Shown here in pieces: positions 1 to 6,599 of a stretch of 32,000 nt of DNA (position 1 is the stretch's first letter; every line of letters starts with the position of its first letter). A model generated the notes under the pieces. It made no database searches. It saw only the letters and a program-made list of their open reading frames with translations, and was not told where the DNA came from. The stretch spans positions 600,001 to 632,000 of the forward strand of contig JBAQRV010000001.1 of the NCBI GenBank assembly GCA_049296095.1, read 5' to 3'. The DNA is from Candidatus Saccharimonadota bacterium (GTDB lineage: Bacteria > Patescibacteriota > Saccharimonadia > Saccharimonadales > Saccharimonadaceae). The translations under genes and the position numbers were made by a program.

Positions 1-115
1 ATAGGGTTCACCTTCACATTTTCCACACATAGTTGGACTATATCATACATTTGTTTGGTGGGGTGTTATGAGTGAAGTGAGAACTATACTGTATTAAATG
101 CTTATAAAATTGAAT

Positions 116-145
116 GTCCCCGTGTCGATTCTTCGGCACGGGGAC
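116..145 (-). terminator. Intrinsic terminator candidate downstream of the 153..578 ORF
   Basis: GTCCCCGTG (116-124) pairs perfectly with CACGGGGAC (137-145) and the stem can extend inward. On the minus strand it is followed by ATTCAATTTTA. Confidence 0.5.
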
Positions 146-152
146 AGGTTGT

Positions 153-578
153 TCAGTCCGCCAAGCGGAAAGATCCCTTGCGGGCCTTTATATTGTACGT
201 ACCGACGACCTGCTGACCCGCGAAGGTGCCCTCAAAGGTAGCGATGTCGTTGCTACGACGCCCTCGAGTGATCTTGGAGACGTGAGTGAGCGTAAGATCG
301 CGTTTGAATAACTGCTCGGAAGCAGAAGTACGCAAGGTTACGTCCATGTCGATGCTCATCCATCCTCGCGGGGGTAGTCCCAAGAAGAAGAACACCTCGG
401 CGTTCTTTGGTAACTGCTCGGTATACCGCAGCGACCCCTTAACGATTTCGATCTCATCCACGGGGACATGAACCAACAGGGTGATAGCGGACATCTCGTC
501 ACGCCCTTTCTTGTTGAGCCGATGAAACCTCGGCAAACGGTTGTCGTCCAGAATTGCTTCTGGCCACCTCGCATCCAC
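153..578 (-). CDS. Hypothetical protein (141 aa from GTG; alternative ATG start at residue 29)
   Basis: Long ORF followed by a terminator hairpin. I recognise no motif. The start is uncertain: GTG at 578 is preceded by CATAAT+5 nt, and an internal ATG (MSAITLL) is also possible. Confidence 0.45.
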   Translation of the reverse strand: MDARWPEAILDDNRLPRFHRLNKKGRDEMSAITLLVHVPVDEIEIVKGSLRYTEQLPKNAEVFFFLGLPPRGWMSIDMDVTLRTSASEQLFKRDLTLTHVSKITRGRRSNDIATFEGTFAGQQVVGTYNIKARKGSFRLAD

Positions 579-622
579 GAGGAATTATGTAAATAATAAA
601 CTAACATATAGATAATGTCAAA

Positions 623-698
623 TGGTGGGGCTGGAAGGAGTTGAACCTTCTACCAAGTGGTTATGAGCCGCCTGCTCTGACCGATGAGCTACAGCCCC
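623..698 (-). tRNA. tRNA with CAU anticodon, probably tRNA-Ile2 (lysidine type); elongator Met not excluded
   Basis: Reverse complement is GGGGCTGTAGCTCATCGGTCAGAGCAGGCGGCTCATAACCACTTGGTAGAAGGTTCAACTCCTTCCAGCCCCACCA. It folds as a cloverleaf with encoded CCA. From memory, the anticodon arm and variable region (GGCGxCTCATAA...CTTGGT) resemble E. coli ileX. There is a C29/A41 mismatch. Confidence 0.8.
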
Positions 699-755
699 AC
701 GTAGAGGTTATTATAGCCTAGTTATCGGGGTTGAGCTATAATGGGATAAAACGTT

Positions 756-1205
756 ATGCCAAAAATAAACATTCGTAAAATCGTATATACCATTCGTCAC
801 AAGTACGTGACGTTGAATAACGTTGTGATTGCGGTGGCTTTCTTGATTGCGGCCAGCTGGGTGTGGGGTTCGTTGGGGATGATGCAGCGTAACTATACTT
901 TGCAAAAAGAGGTTGATTACAAGAAACGTCAGTTGGCTTTGACAGAATTGCAGCGAGATAAGCTTGATCTACAAAAGCGATATTATCAGACGACTGAATA
1001 CCAAGAACTGGCGGTGAGAGATACTCTCGGATTGGTACGACCAGGCGAGAAGGTGTTAATCTTGCCACCAAACAGTGATGCGGCCAAGAAGGCCGATGTC
1101 GTCACGTCAGATGTTGTGATTGCCCCAAATAAAGTGAGCAATATTGAGCAGTGGATCAACTTCTTGTTTGGTGGCTACAGTCGCAGTATTTCTGGCGACA
1201 ACTAG
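756..1205 (+). CDS. Septum formation initiator family protein (FtsB/DivIC-like)
   Basis: Short cytoplasmic N-terminus, one TM helix (VVIAVAFLIAASWVWGSLGMM), a coiled coil, then EYQELAVRDTLGLVRPGEKVLIL, typical of FtsB/DivIC. Confidence 0.55.
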   Translation: MPKINIRKIVYTIRHKYVTLNNVVIAVAFLIAASWVWGSLGMMQRNYTLQKEVDYKKRQLALTELQRDKLDLQKRYYQTTEYQELAVRDTLGLVRPGEKVLILPPNSDAAKKADVVTSDVVIAPNKVSNIEQWINFLFGGYSRSISGDN

Positions 1206-1708
1206 CTTTTCTTTGAGACTTCAAACTCGAGCGATTCGTGGAAAGCTTCCACACCTGATTCGCGCTCCCAATAAGTCGTCATATGGATTTTCTGAGGGTA
1301 GATGATGTACAGGACATAATCGTCATCCTTGCTGACATAAGGAGGGATGTGCCAGCGTCCTTCTTCGGCTGATTGGTCGATAAGCTTGAGAATATCTGCT
1401 TGCTGTTCTTTATCTTCAATGGGGTGTGCAACACCCTCTACTACTGCCTCTGTGCGGCTAAAGGGGTCGAAGGTCACAAATGACACTGTTGGATTTTCGT
1501 GCAGATTCTTAACCTTGCGAGTATCTTTTCGTGTCATAAACGCAAGTTGATAGTTATCGAGGTCAAAGATATTAATGACTGACCCCTGTAGGCGACCACC
1601 TTTAGTGATAGTTGTCATGACGCCTTGTGGATGAGCATGCACAAATGAACGAATCATCTCTTCACTTTCAGGAGATGAAATGTGTTTGATGGCAGTGGTT
1701 ATTTTCAT
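1202..1708 (-). CDS. Pyridoxamine 5'-phosphate oxidase-like FMN-binding split-barrel family protein
   Basis: 168 aa. The pattern GVMTTITKGGRLQGSVIN...AFMTRKDTRKVKNLHENPTVSF is typical of the PNPOx-like superfamily. Confidence 0.55.
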   Translation of the reverse strand: MKITTAIKHISSPESEEMIRSFVHAHPQGVMTTITKGGRLQGSVINIFDLDNYQLAFMTRKDTRKVKNLHENPTVSFVTFDPFSRTEAVVEGVAHPIEDKEQQADILKLIDQSAEEGRWHIPPYVSKDDDYVLYIIYPQKIHMTTYWERESGVEAFHESLEFEVSKKS

Positions 1709-1714
1709 ACTCTT

Positions 1715-1720
1715 ATTGTA
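1715..1720 (-). promoter_or_regulatory. -10 box TACAAT, 6 nt upstream of ATG of the 1202..1708 gene (leaderless candidate)
   Basis: mRNA sense reads GCTACAAT-AAGAGT-ATG, with no SD. Confidence 0.4.
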
Positions 1721-1763
1721 GCAAACAAATAATCACCTCGTTTTTGAGGTGATTAGATAAACT

Positions 1764-1841
1764 TGGTTGCGGGGGTAGGATTTGAACCTACGACCTTGTG
1801 GTTATGAGCCACACGAGCTGACCGGACTGCTCCACCCCGCG
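1764..1841 (-). tRNA. Initiator tRNA-fMet (CAU)
   Basis: Reverse complement is CGCGGGGTGGAGCAGTCCGGTCAGCTCGTGTGGCTCATAACCACAAGGTCGTAGGTTCAAATCCTACCCCCGCAACCA. It has the C1/A72 mismatch, and the acceptor and T arms are near-identical to E. coli tRNA-fMet as I recall it. The anticodon stem has only two of the usual three consecutive G-C pairs. Confidence 0.9.
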
Positions 1842-1892
1842 ATACAAAGTCTATCTTAACAGATGTAGGTTACTTTTTCAACAGCTGTGAAT

Positions 1893-3266
1893 TTACGCCA
1901 ACTTACTAGCAGCAACTCGAATCGCCTCTGACCAGCTCAGGAAGGCGTGTGGAGTGTCTGCGATTTGACGGGCTGTGAGTCCATGTTTCACTGCTAAAGC
2001 GATCTCATGTATCATTTCTGCAGCGTGGGGGGCAACGATCGTGCCTCCCAGGACGACACCTTTCTTGTCTGTAATGATCTTGACGAAGCCATCTCGGAAA
2101 TCTGAGGTGTTACTTCTGGTAATAATGTTCAAAGGTGCCAAACTCTTGTTAATAGGTAGATCGCGCTTGCGGCAGTCATCTTCGGAGAGACCAACATGGG
2201 CAATTTCAGGGGTTGTGAAGATCACTCCAGGTGTTGCAGTATAGTCGGGAACAATCTTGGTCTTTTCGAATAGGTTATGAGCAGCGATTCGGCTCTCAAA
2301 CAGGGCAGTATGGGTATGACTGTCTCGGCCGAGGACGTCACCAGCGGCAAAAATATGTTTTGTGCTGGTTTGGAGGTACTCATTTACCTCGATACCCTTA
2401 GGGGTGTATTTGACCGAGGCATTTTCAAGGCCGAGATCAACATTAGGAGTGCGTCCAGTTGCGACAAGGATCTCATCGGCTTTGACGAACTTTTCGACAC
2501 CTGCTCGTGAGATGAGGATTCGTTTCCCGAGGCCTTCTTTGCTGACTGATATGACTCGGGAATGGGTCAGAACTGAGACGCCTTTTTGCTCAGTAAGCGT
2601 CCGCTCCATTAGTTCACCAACCTCGCTGTCTTGGTGAGGAAGCAGGCGAGAAGCCTGTTCGGCAATGTACACTTTCGTTCCGAAGGTTGCCATCAATTGA
2701 GCGATTTCGACGCCGTGACTCCCACCACCAATGATGAAAAGGCTCTTTGGCGGGCGGATTGCCTCTAGGATAGTGCGCGGGGTAAAGAAACTCACTTCAT
2801 CTAAGCCTTGGATTTTTGGCGTGGTCCAACTCGAGCCGGTCGCAATCAGGAAATGCGACGCTGACAAATGACGACGATTGACACTTATTTCATGAGGAGT
2901 TAAGAAGTGTGCAGTAGCATTAAAAGCACTGATACCGTTGTTTTCATAAAAACGTCGGTTACCAGCGGCTCCTGTTCTCTTCACAGCAAGGTCTTTCCAT
3001 GCTCGAATCGACGGATAGTTGTAGCCCAGGGTGGACGTGCGGAGGCCAAATTTGTCGCCGTGTCGCGCCTCGTCATAGAGTCGAGCGACATGCAGCAGTG
3101 ATTTGGTCGGAACATCACTCCAGTTCGGTGAATCACCACCGAAGGTATCAGCCTCAACAATAGCGACGCGTTTGCCAGCCCTGGCGGCAATGGCTGCTGC
3201 CGCACTGCCCCCGGCGCCGCTGCCGATGACAATTAGGTCGTAATCAAATGTGTGGGATTGAGCCAT
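1893..3266 (-). CDS. Class I pyridine nucleotide-disulfide oxidoreductase homolog (dihydrolipoamide dehydrogenase-like) lacking the redox-active CxxxxC
   Basis: FAD motif DLIVIGSGAGGSAAA, NAD(P) motif IIGGGSHGVEIA, and a C-terminal dimerisation domain. The canonical GGTCLNVGCIPSK site reads GGDSPNWSDVPTK. AAGGAG SD lies 6 nt upstream. Confidence 0.8.
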   Translation of the reverse strand: MAQSHTFDYDLIVIGSGAGGSAAAAIAARAGKRVAIVEADTFGGDSPNWSDVPTKSLLHVARLYDEARHGDKFGLRTSTLGYNYPSIRAWKDLAVKRTGAAGNRRFYENNGISAFNATAHFLTPHEISVNRRHLSASHFLIATGSSWTTPKIQGLDEVSFFTPRTILEAIRPPKSLFIIGGGSHGVEIAQLMATFGTKVYIAEQASRLLPHQDSEVGELMERTLTEQKGVSVLTHSRVISVSKEGLGKRILISRAGVEKFVKADEILVATGRTPNVDLGLENASVKYTPKGIEVNEYLQTSTKHIFAAGDVLGRDSHTHTALFESRIAAHNLFEKTKIVPDYTATPGVIFTTPEIAHVGLSEDDCRKRDLPINKSLAPLNIITRSNTSDFRDGFVKIITDKKGVVLGGTIVAPHAAEMIHEIALAVKHGLTARQIADTPHAFLSWSEAIRVAASKLA

Positions 3267-3275
3267 GAGTTCTCC

Positions 3276-3566
3276 TTATAACGTGATGCGATGTTGTTCA
3301 TATAAATAGCCCGCATCGGGGTGATGGGTCCTGAGGTGGCGAGCAGTAATGCGACGTAGATCGTGACTGGTAACTTCTTGATGGGATTCCAGCCAGACGA
3401 TAACATCTTCAATAACTTTGTTGGCGATACTATCAGCCTGTCCTTGAGGTGTACCAGCAGTTAAACACGCAGCAACGATACTAGCGTGGAGCTTTTTGTG
3501 GTCAAACGATTCGGTCGGGCGGCGTCCGTCACGCTTGATGATGTCGGTAGTCCCACCCCCGCTCAT
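3276..3566 (-). CDS. Stand-alone ATP-cone domain protein
   Basis: IIKRDGRRPTESFDHKKLHASIVAA plus downstream helices match the ATP-cone pattern seen in NrdR and RNR N-termini. The start abuts the upstream stop (TAAATG). Confidence 0.65.
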   Translation of the reverse strand: MSGGGTTDIIKRDGRRPTESFDHKKLHASIVAACLTAGTPQGQADSIANKVIEDVIVWLESHQEVTSHDLRRITARHLRTHHPDAGYLYEQHRITL

Positions 3567-4277
3567 TTATGCCCCTGCGACGTCGGTTAGGATTTTGCAG
3601 ACATACACAAAGAAGCCAAGGATAGCGAGTGCGCCACCAGCAGCAAACTGCAGGAAATGTTTGTTTGCCTCACGCCACCGCTGGATGCTGCTCAGCTTGT
3701 GACCACTTCCGATGAGGACAGCTATGCTGAATAGTGTCATGAGTGACACGACCGCGTAGATCGCGATACCAACGAGCTGCCACATTCCTGGCAGTTGGAC
3801 GAGAACGAGGGCGCTGATGACCATTGGGGCTGCGATGAAGAGCAGTTCGCTAATAACACTAGTCAGACCGAGGCTAAATGCCTCAGCGCTGTGCTTTGTT
3901 TCTTTGCTTCGATCACTGAGATGCTTCGCAAACGAACGGGGCACCCATAAAGAAGTCCCCTTGCTTCGGCGGTAGTAAAAGAACCAGACAGCTAAACCAA
4001 CCCCAACCAAGAGGCCGCAGGCGATTGCCCAGACGATAAGGGGAGTGTTCGGTCCAAAGACATGTAATATGACCAGTGAAAAGAAAGATAGGACAAGAAG
4101 CGTCATAACTCCTGCACCGCTCACAAAACTAAAGCTGAGACGGAGCACCTTTTTCTGCGATTGGTTAGTTCCGATGGCATGGCCACTCAAGAGTGTCAGA
4201 ACGCTGACGCTCAGTTGGAAACTAGCGTGAATAAGCGCCGCGAGGGTAACGATTGCGAGAGAAGAGGCGATGTCCAT
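3567..4277 (-). CDS. Multi-pass membrane protein (about 6 TM; LysE/GAP-like topology, function unknown)
   Basis: 236 aa with repeated hydrophobic helices and a central charged loop (RRSKGTSLWVPRSFAKHLSDRSKETKH). It has only two cysteines (one in a predicted TM helix, one near the C-terminus) and I saw no CxxC motif or paired redox-type cysteines. Confidence 0.6.
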   Translation of the reverse strand: MDIASSLAIVTLAALIHASFQLSVSVLTLLSGHAIGTNQSQKKVLRLSFSFVSGAGVMTLLVLSFFSLVILHVFGPNTPLIVWAIACGLLVGVGLAVWFFYYRRSKGTSLWVPRSFAKHLSDRSKETKHSAEAFSLGLTSVISELLFIAAPMVISALVLVQLPGMWQLVGIAIYAVVSLMTLFSIAVLIGSGHKLSSIQRWREANKHFLQFAAGGALAILGFFVYVCKILTDVAGA

Positions 4278-4307
4278 AATGTTTATTTTTTATTTTCCTC
4301 TGACTTG

Positions 4308-4337
4308 TTTATACCATAAGCGTGACACCTCAGTCAA
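4308..4337 (-). promoter_or_regulatory. Sigma-70-type promoter for the 4277..1893 operon
   Basis: mRNA sense reads TTGACT-18 nt-TGgTATAAA. Confidence 0.45.
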
Positions 4338-4356
4338 AGGATCTTATCGGACACTA

Positions 4357-4385
4357 TTGACATTACGTAAAGCTTATGCTAATGT
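4357..4385 (+). promoter_or_regulatory. Sigma-70-type promoter (TTGACA-17 nt-TAATGT)
   Basis: Consensus -35 with a 17-nt spacer. It is divergent from the 4308..4337 promoter. Confidence 0.5.
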
Positions 4386-4427
4386 AGATACATAAAGCAA
4401 TAAAAACAAAAAAAGGCAAACACAGTC

Positions 4428-4565
4428 ATGGAAGCATCAGAAGTAAACGTCGAACCAGTCACAATGAGCGAAGTTTTGGAACTTGCAACATGGGACCGAC
4501 CACGAACTGACGAAGAGTTACAAAATTTTATCTCTCGTCGTGAAGCAGCACTTTCAGTCAAGTAA
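4428..4565 (+). CDS. Small acidic protein, 45 aa (MEASEVNVEPVTMSEVLELATWDRPRTDEELQNFISRREAALSVK); could instead be an sRNA
   Basis: The ORF is below the track's length cut-off and I translated it by hand. It is bracketed by a strong promoter and an intrinsic terminator. The SD is weak. Confidence 0.35.
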   Translation: MEASEVNVEPVTMSEVLELATWDRPRTDEELQNFISRREAALSVK

Positions 4566-4610
4566 TTTTCCGTCACCCCGAATAGGTAATAGCAGTAGGG
4601 GATAGCAAAA

Positions 4611-4634
4611 AGGGCACTCACCTGCCCTATTTTT
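4611..4634 (+). terminator. Intrinsic terminator
   Basis: AGGGCA-ctcacc-TGCCCT hairpin followed by ATTTTTG. Confidence 0.55.
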
Positions 4635-4650
4635 GTGTCCCCTTGCCTAT

Positions 4651-4676
4651 CATGCTTATGGCTCATGCTTATGGCT
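4651..4676. repeat. Perfect 13-bp tandem duplication (CATGCTTATGGCT x2)
   Basis: Read directly. It lies immediately upstream of the TATACT box of the DUF4232 gene. Confidence 0.9.
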
Positions 4677-4677
4677 G

Positions 4678-4683
4678 TATACT
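4678..4683 (+). promoter_or_regulatory. -10 box TATACT, 7 nt upstream of ATG 4691 (leaderless candidate)
   Basis: TATACT-TAACATC-ATG, with no SD. Confidence 0.4.
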
Positions 4684-4690
4684 TAACATC

Positions 4691-5296
4691 ATGAAAGCAT
4701 TAAAAATCATCGGACTCGCAGTTCTCGTTATTATCGTCGCAGCTGGCATTGCCGCAGGTGGATACTTCCTCGCAACCTGGCATGCAGACCAGAAAACGCA
4801 AACAAGTAATAATTCAAACTCATCATCAACTGATAACACGGCGAACACTCGCCCATGGCACGAGCTAACTCCGGCCAAACCAACAGCAGCCACTACCTGT
4901 AATGCTGACGAGCTCAGCCTGGCGACTGAGGAAAGCAACGCAAGTGGCGCGGGAACACTCGCTATAAATCTCGTCCTGACCAACATTGGCAAGCGTGACT
5001 GTATTCAAGGTGGATTCCCTGGTGTTTCATTGGTGAACGACAACGGTAACCAAATTGGAAAGCCAGCGGACCGCGCGACCAATTATCCTGAAAAGACCTT
5101 CACCTTGAAGCCAGGTGACAAGGTTTATGCCACTGTCACCTATGCAGAAGAAGGCAACTTCGACGCTGGTACCTGCCAGGATGGCGCAACCAAGTTCCGC
5201 GTCTATGCACCGAATGACACTGGTTATATTAGTGTCGCTCAAACTGCGGTCACCGCTTGGTGTCCTGGATTTGAAACTTCTCCAGTAATGCAATAA
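4691..5296 (+). CDS. DUF4232 domain-containing membrane-anchored or secreted protein
   Basis: N-terminal TM/signal (MKALKIIGLAVLVIIVAAGIAAGG), a low-complexity S/T/N linker, then C..DELSL...GAGT...L.LTN.G...C...GFPGVSLV...G...LKPG....C....FRVY.P......C, which is the DUF4232 pattern. In-frame upstream starts (TTG 4643, ATG 4652) are possible but unsupported. Confidence 0.65.
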   Translation: MKALKIIGLAVLVIIVAAGIAAGGYFLATWHADQKTQTSNNSNSSSTDNTANTRPWHELTPAKPTAATTCNADELSLATEESNASGAGTLAINLVLTNIGKRDCIQGGFPGVSLVNDNGNQIGKPADRATNYPEKTFTLKPGDKVYATVTYAEEGNFDAGTCQDGATKFRVYAPNDTGYISVAQTAVTAWCPGFETSPVMQ

Positions 5297-5316
5297 TAGT
5301 AAGACTAGTGAATAAA

Positions 5317-5353
5317 CCAATAAGCCCTGACATACGTCGGGGCTTATTGGTTT
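5317..5353 (+). terminator. Intrinsic terminator
   Basis: CCAATAAGCCC ... GGGGCTTATTGG gives an 11-12 bp stem, followed by TTTGAAATAATTTTT. Confidence 0.6.
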
Positions 5354-5364
5354 GAAATAATTTT

Positions 5365-5441
5365 TGGTAGCACCGACAGGGAACGATCCTGTGACCTCGA
5401 GCTTATGAGTCTCGCGCTCTAACCAACTGAGCTACGGTGCC
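5365..5441 (-). tRNA. Elongator tRNA-Met (CAU) with a non-canonical T-loop
   Basis: Reverse complement is GGCACCGTAGCTCAGTTGGTTAGAGCGCGAGACTCATAAGCTCGAGGTCACAGGATCGTTCCCTGTCGGTGCTACCA. The D-arm and variable region resemble elongator Met. The T-loop is ATCGTTC instead of TTCRANY. Confidence 0.8.
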
Positions 5442-5501
5442 ACAATACCTGATGATTTTAACAGAGATCGAGGAACTTTTCTAGTGGTCGAGAGGCGATA
5501 A

Positions 5502-5530
5502 TTGATAATAGTCTAGTAATATTGTATTAT
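5502..5530 (+). promoter_or_regulatory. Sigma-70-type promoter (TTGATA-17 nt-TATTAT)
   Basis: Read directly. It is followed by the palindrome ATCGTC-c-GACGAT (5539..5551) and a strong SD, AAGGTGAGGTGAGGA. Confidence 0.45.
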
Positions 5531-5567
5531 ATAGAATGATCGTCCGACGATAAGGTGAGGTGAGGAT

Positions 5568-6113
5568 ATGGCGATTGTAGCAGTTTTGGGTGCAGCTTTC
5601 TCACTTCGTGAGCAAGAGCCCAACCCGTGTAATGTCCGTCTTGCCCAAGAGGTACTGCGGGCGTGCGACGAGTTGCGGGCACGAGGCCACATGCCTGTAG
5701 TTGCGGTTCAGTGGGAAATTGATGCGGCCTTGCAGTCTCTCGGTCGCACGAAGACCTACGACAATGTCCGATCAGTATTCGATGACGGGGCATTCCCCTA
5801 CATGGTGATCGGTCAGTATGATGATGGCCGGTACCTGGGAACCAGGGAAGTCCTGAAGGAGGCATTGCCTTTCTTTGGCGATATGGGAGCCACGCACTTC
5901 GTTGGTGTGGCACAACCCTACATTCATCAGCCGTACTTGTACTGGCTGGCGAGGAAGTCCTTCAGGCTCATCTGGATACGAACACGAAGGATCGGGTTCG
6001 ACCCAGACAGTACACAGCAATGGTGCCGCAGCTGGTGGCAGTTGACCAAGTATACGGTCAAGATTCTGATCACTGGTTCGCACGGCTACGACGGGCGTCA
6101 GGCGAAGGCCTAG
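5568..6113 (+). CDS. Hypothetical protein (weak resemblance to DUF218/YdcF-type Rossmann-like proteins)
   Basis: Strong SD, an upstream promoter and a downstream terminator support the + strand over the antisense ORFs 5527..5913 and 5772..6083. The family assignment is only a by-eye impression (IVAVLG... / ...VGVAQPYIHQPYLYWLARK). Confidence 0.5.
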   Translation: MAIVAVLGAAFSLREQEPNPCNVRLAQEVLRACDELRARGHMPVVAVQWEIDAALQSLGRTKTYDNVRSVFDDGAFPYMVIGQYDDGRYLGTREVLKEALPFFGDMGATHFVGVAQPYIHQPYLYWLARKSFRLIWIRTRRIGFDPDSTQQWCRSWWQLTKYTVKILITGSHGYDGRQAKA

Positions 6114-6123
6114 CTGCCCGAAC

Positions 6124-6169
6124 GGGCCCTGGTTGAGATGGAGACATCACGCCAGGGCCCCTTTCATTT
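6124..6169 (+). terminator. Intrinsic terminator
   Basis: GGGCCCTGG (6124-6132) pairs with CCAGGGCCC (6152-6160), followed by CTTTCATTT. Confidence 0.55.
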
Positions 6170-6171
6170 GA

Positions 6172-6180
6172 TGGTATAAT
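6172..6180 (+). promoter_or_regulatory. Extended -10 promoter element (TGgTATAAT)
   Basis: TG-n-TATAAT lies about 150 nt upstream of ATG 6333. I see no good -35. Confidence 0.35.
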
Positions 6181-6332
6181 AAATATATCCACGCGATACT
6201 CACTGGCCTACTGGTTAAGCGTCCCTCGCGAAAGGTCATTCACTTGTCTTCGGACGTCCAGCTAGAAACGGGCTAGATGAACGGGCAAACAATTCAAAAC
6301 GTTTCTCAAACTAATTTTTGAGGATTTTTGAA

Positions 6333-6599
6333 ATGAATGACGAAACTTTTTTGAATGAAACGGTTGATGTAATCGCTGTCTTCTCGCAAGGTAATCATCC
6401 GTGTCGAGTTGTGAAGTTTAAGCGACCGAATGGGCGAGAGGTCGAGGTAAAAGAACTGGGGCTGCGACATCCATTTAGCAAGGGGAGCAAGACGGTTCAC
6501 ATATTTGATGTGACTGATGGTGGGGCAGATTATCGACTGGAGTTTGATAGCGAGCGCCTGACCTGGCACCTGACGATGGAGGCGGATCACTATGAGTGA
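6333..6599 (+). CDS. Small protein of unknown function (88 aa), translationally coupled to the Y-family polymerase
   Basis: GAGGA SD 8 nt upstream of the ATG. The stop TGA (6597-6599) overlaps the downstream ATG (6592) by 8 nt. Confidence 0.6.
   Translation: MNDETFLNETVDVIAVFSQGNHPCRVVKFKRPNGREVEVKELGLRHPFSKGSKTVHIFDVTDGGADYRLEFDSERLTWHLTMEADHYE

Noticed and set aside
4379-4666. The 95-aa minus-strand ORF spanning the 4300-4690 intergenic region.
   Set aside because: It runs antisense across a promoter, the small ORF and the terminator on the + strand. It has no start signals and an implausible composition.
5568-6113. Impression that this ORF is a GC-rich foreign island, because both antisense frames are open.
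   Set aside because: I hand-counted 60-nt blocks inside it and got 52-65% GC. Sampled blocks of recA and pilB give 55-62%. No compositional anomaly can be claimed without a proper sliding-window calculation.
6119-6286. The GAACGGGC-like word occurs three times (6119, 6267, 6280). I considered it a possible SOS/Cheo-type operator for the polymerase operon and searched for similar boxes upstream of recA.
   Set aside because: No dyad symmetry of the GAAC-N4-GTTC type is present. The first copy is simply an arm of the terminator hairpin, and nothing comparable lies upstream of recA (17475..17543). I kept it only as a note within the polymerase finding.
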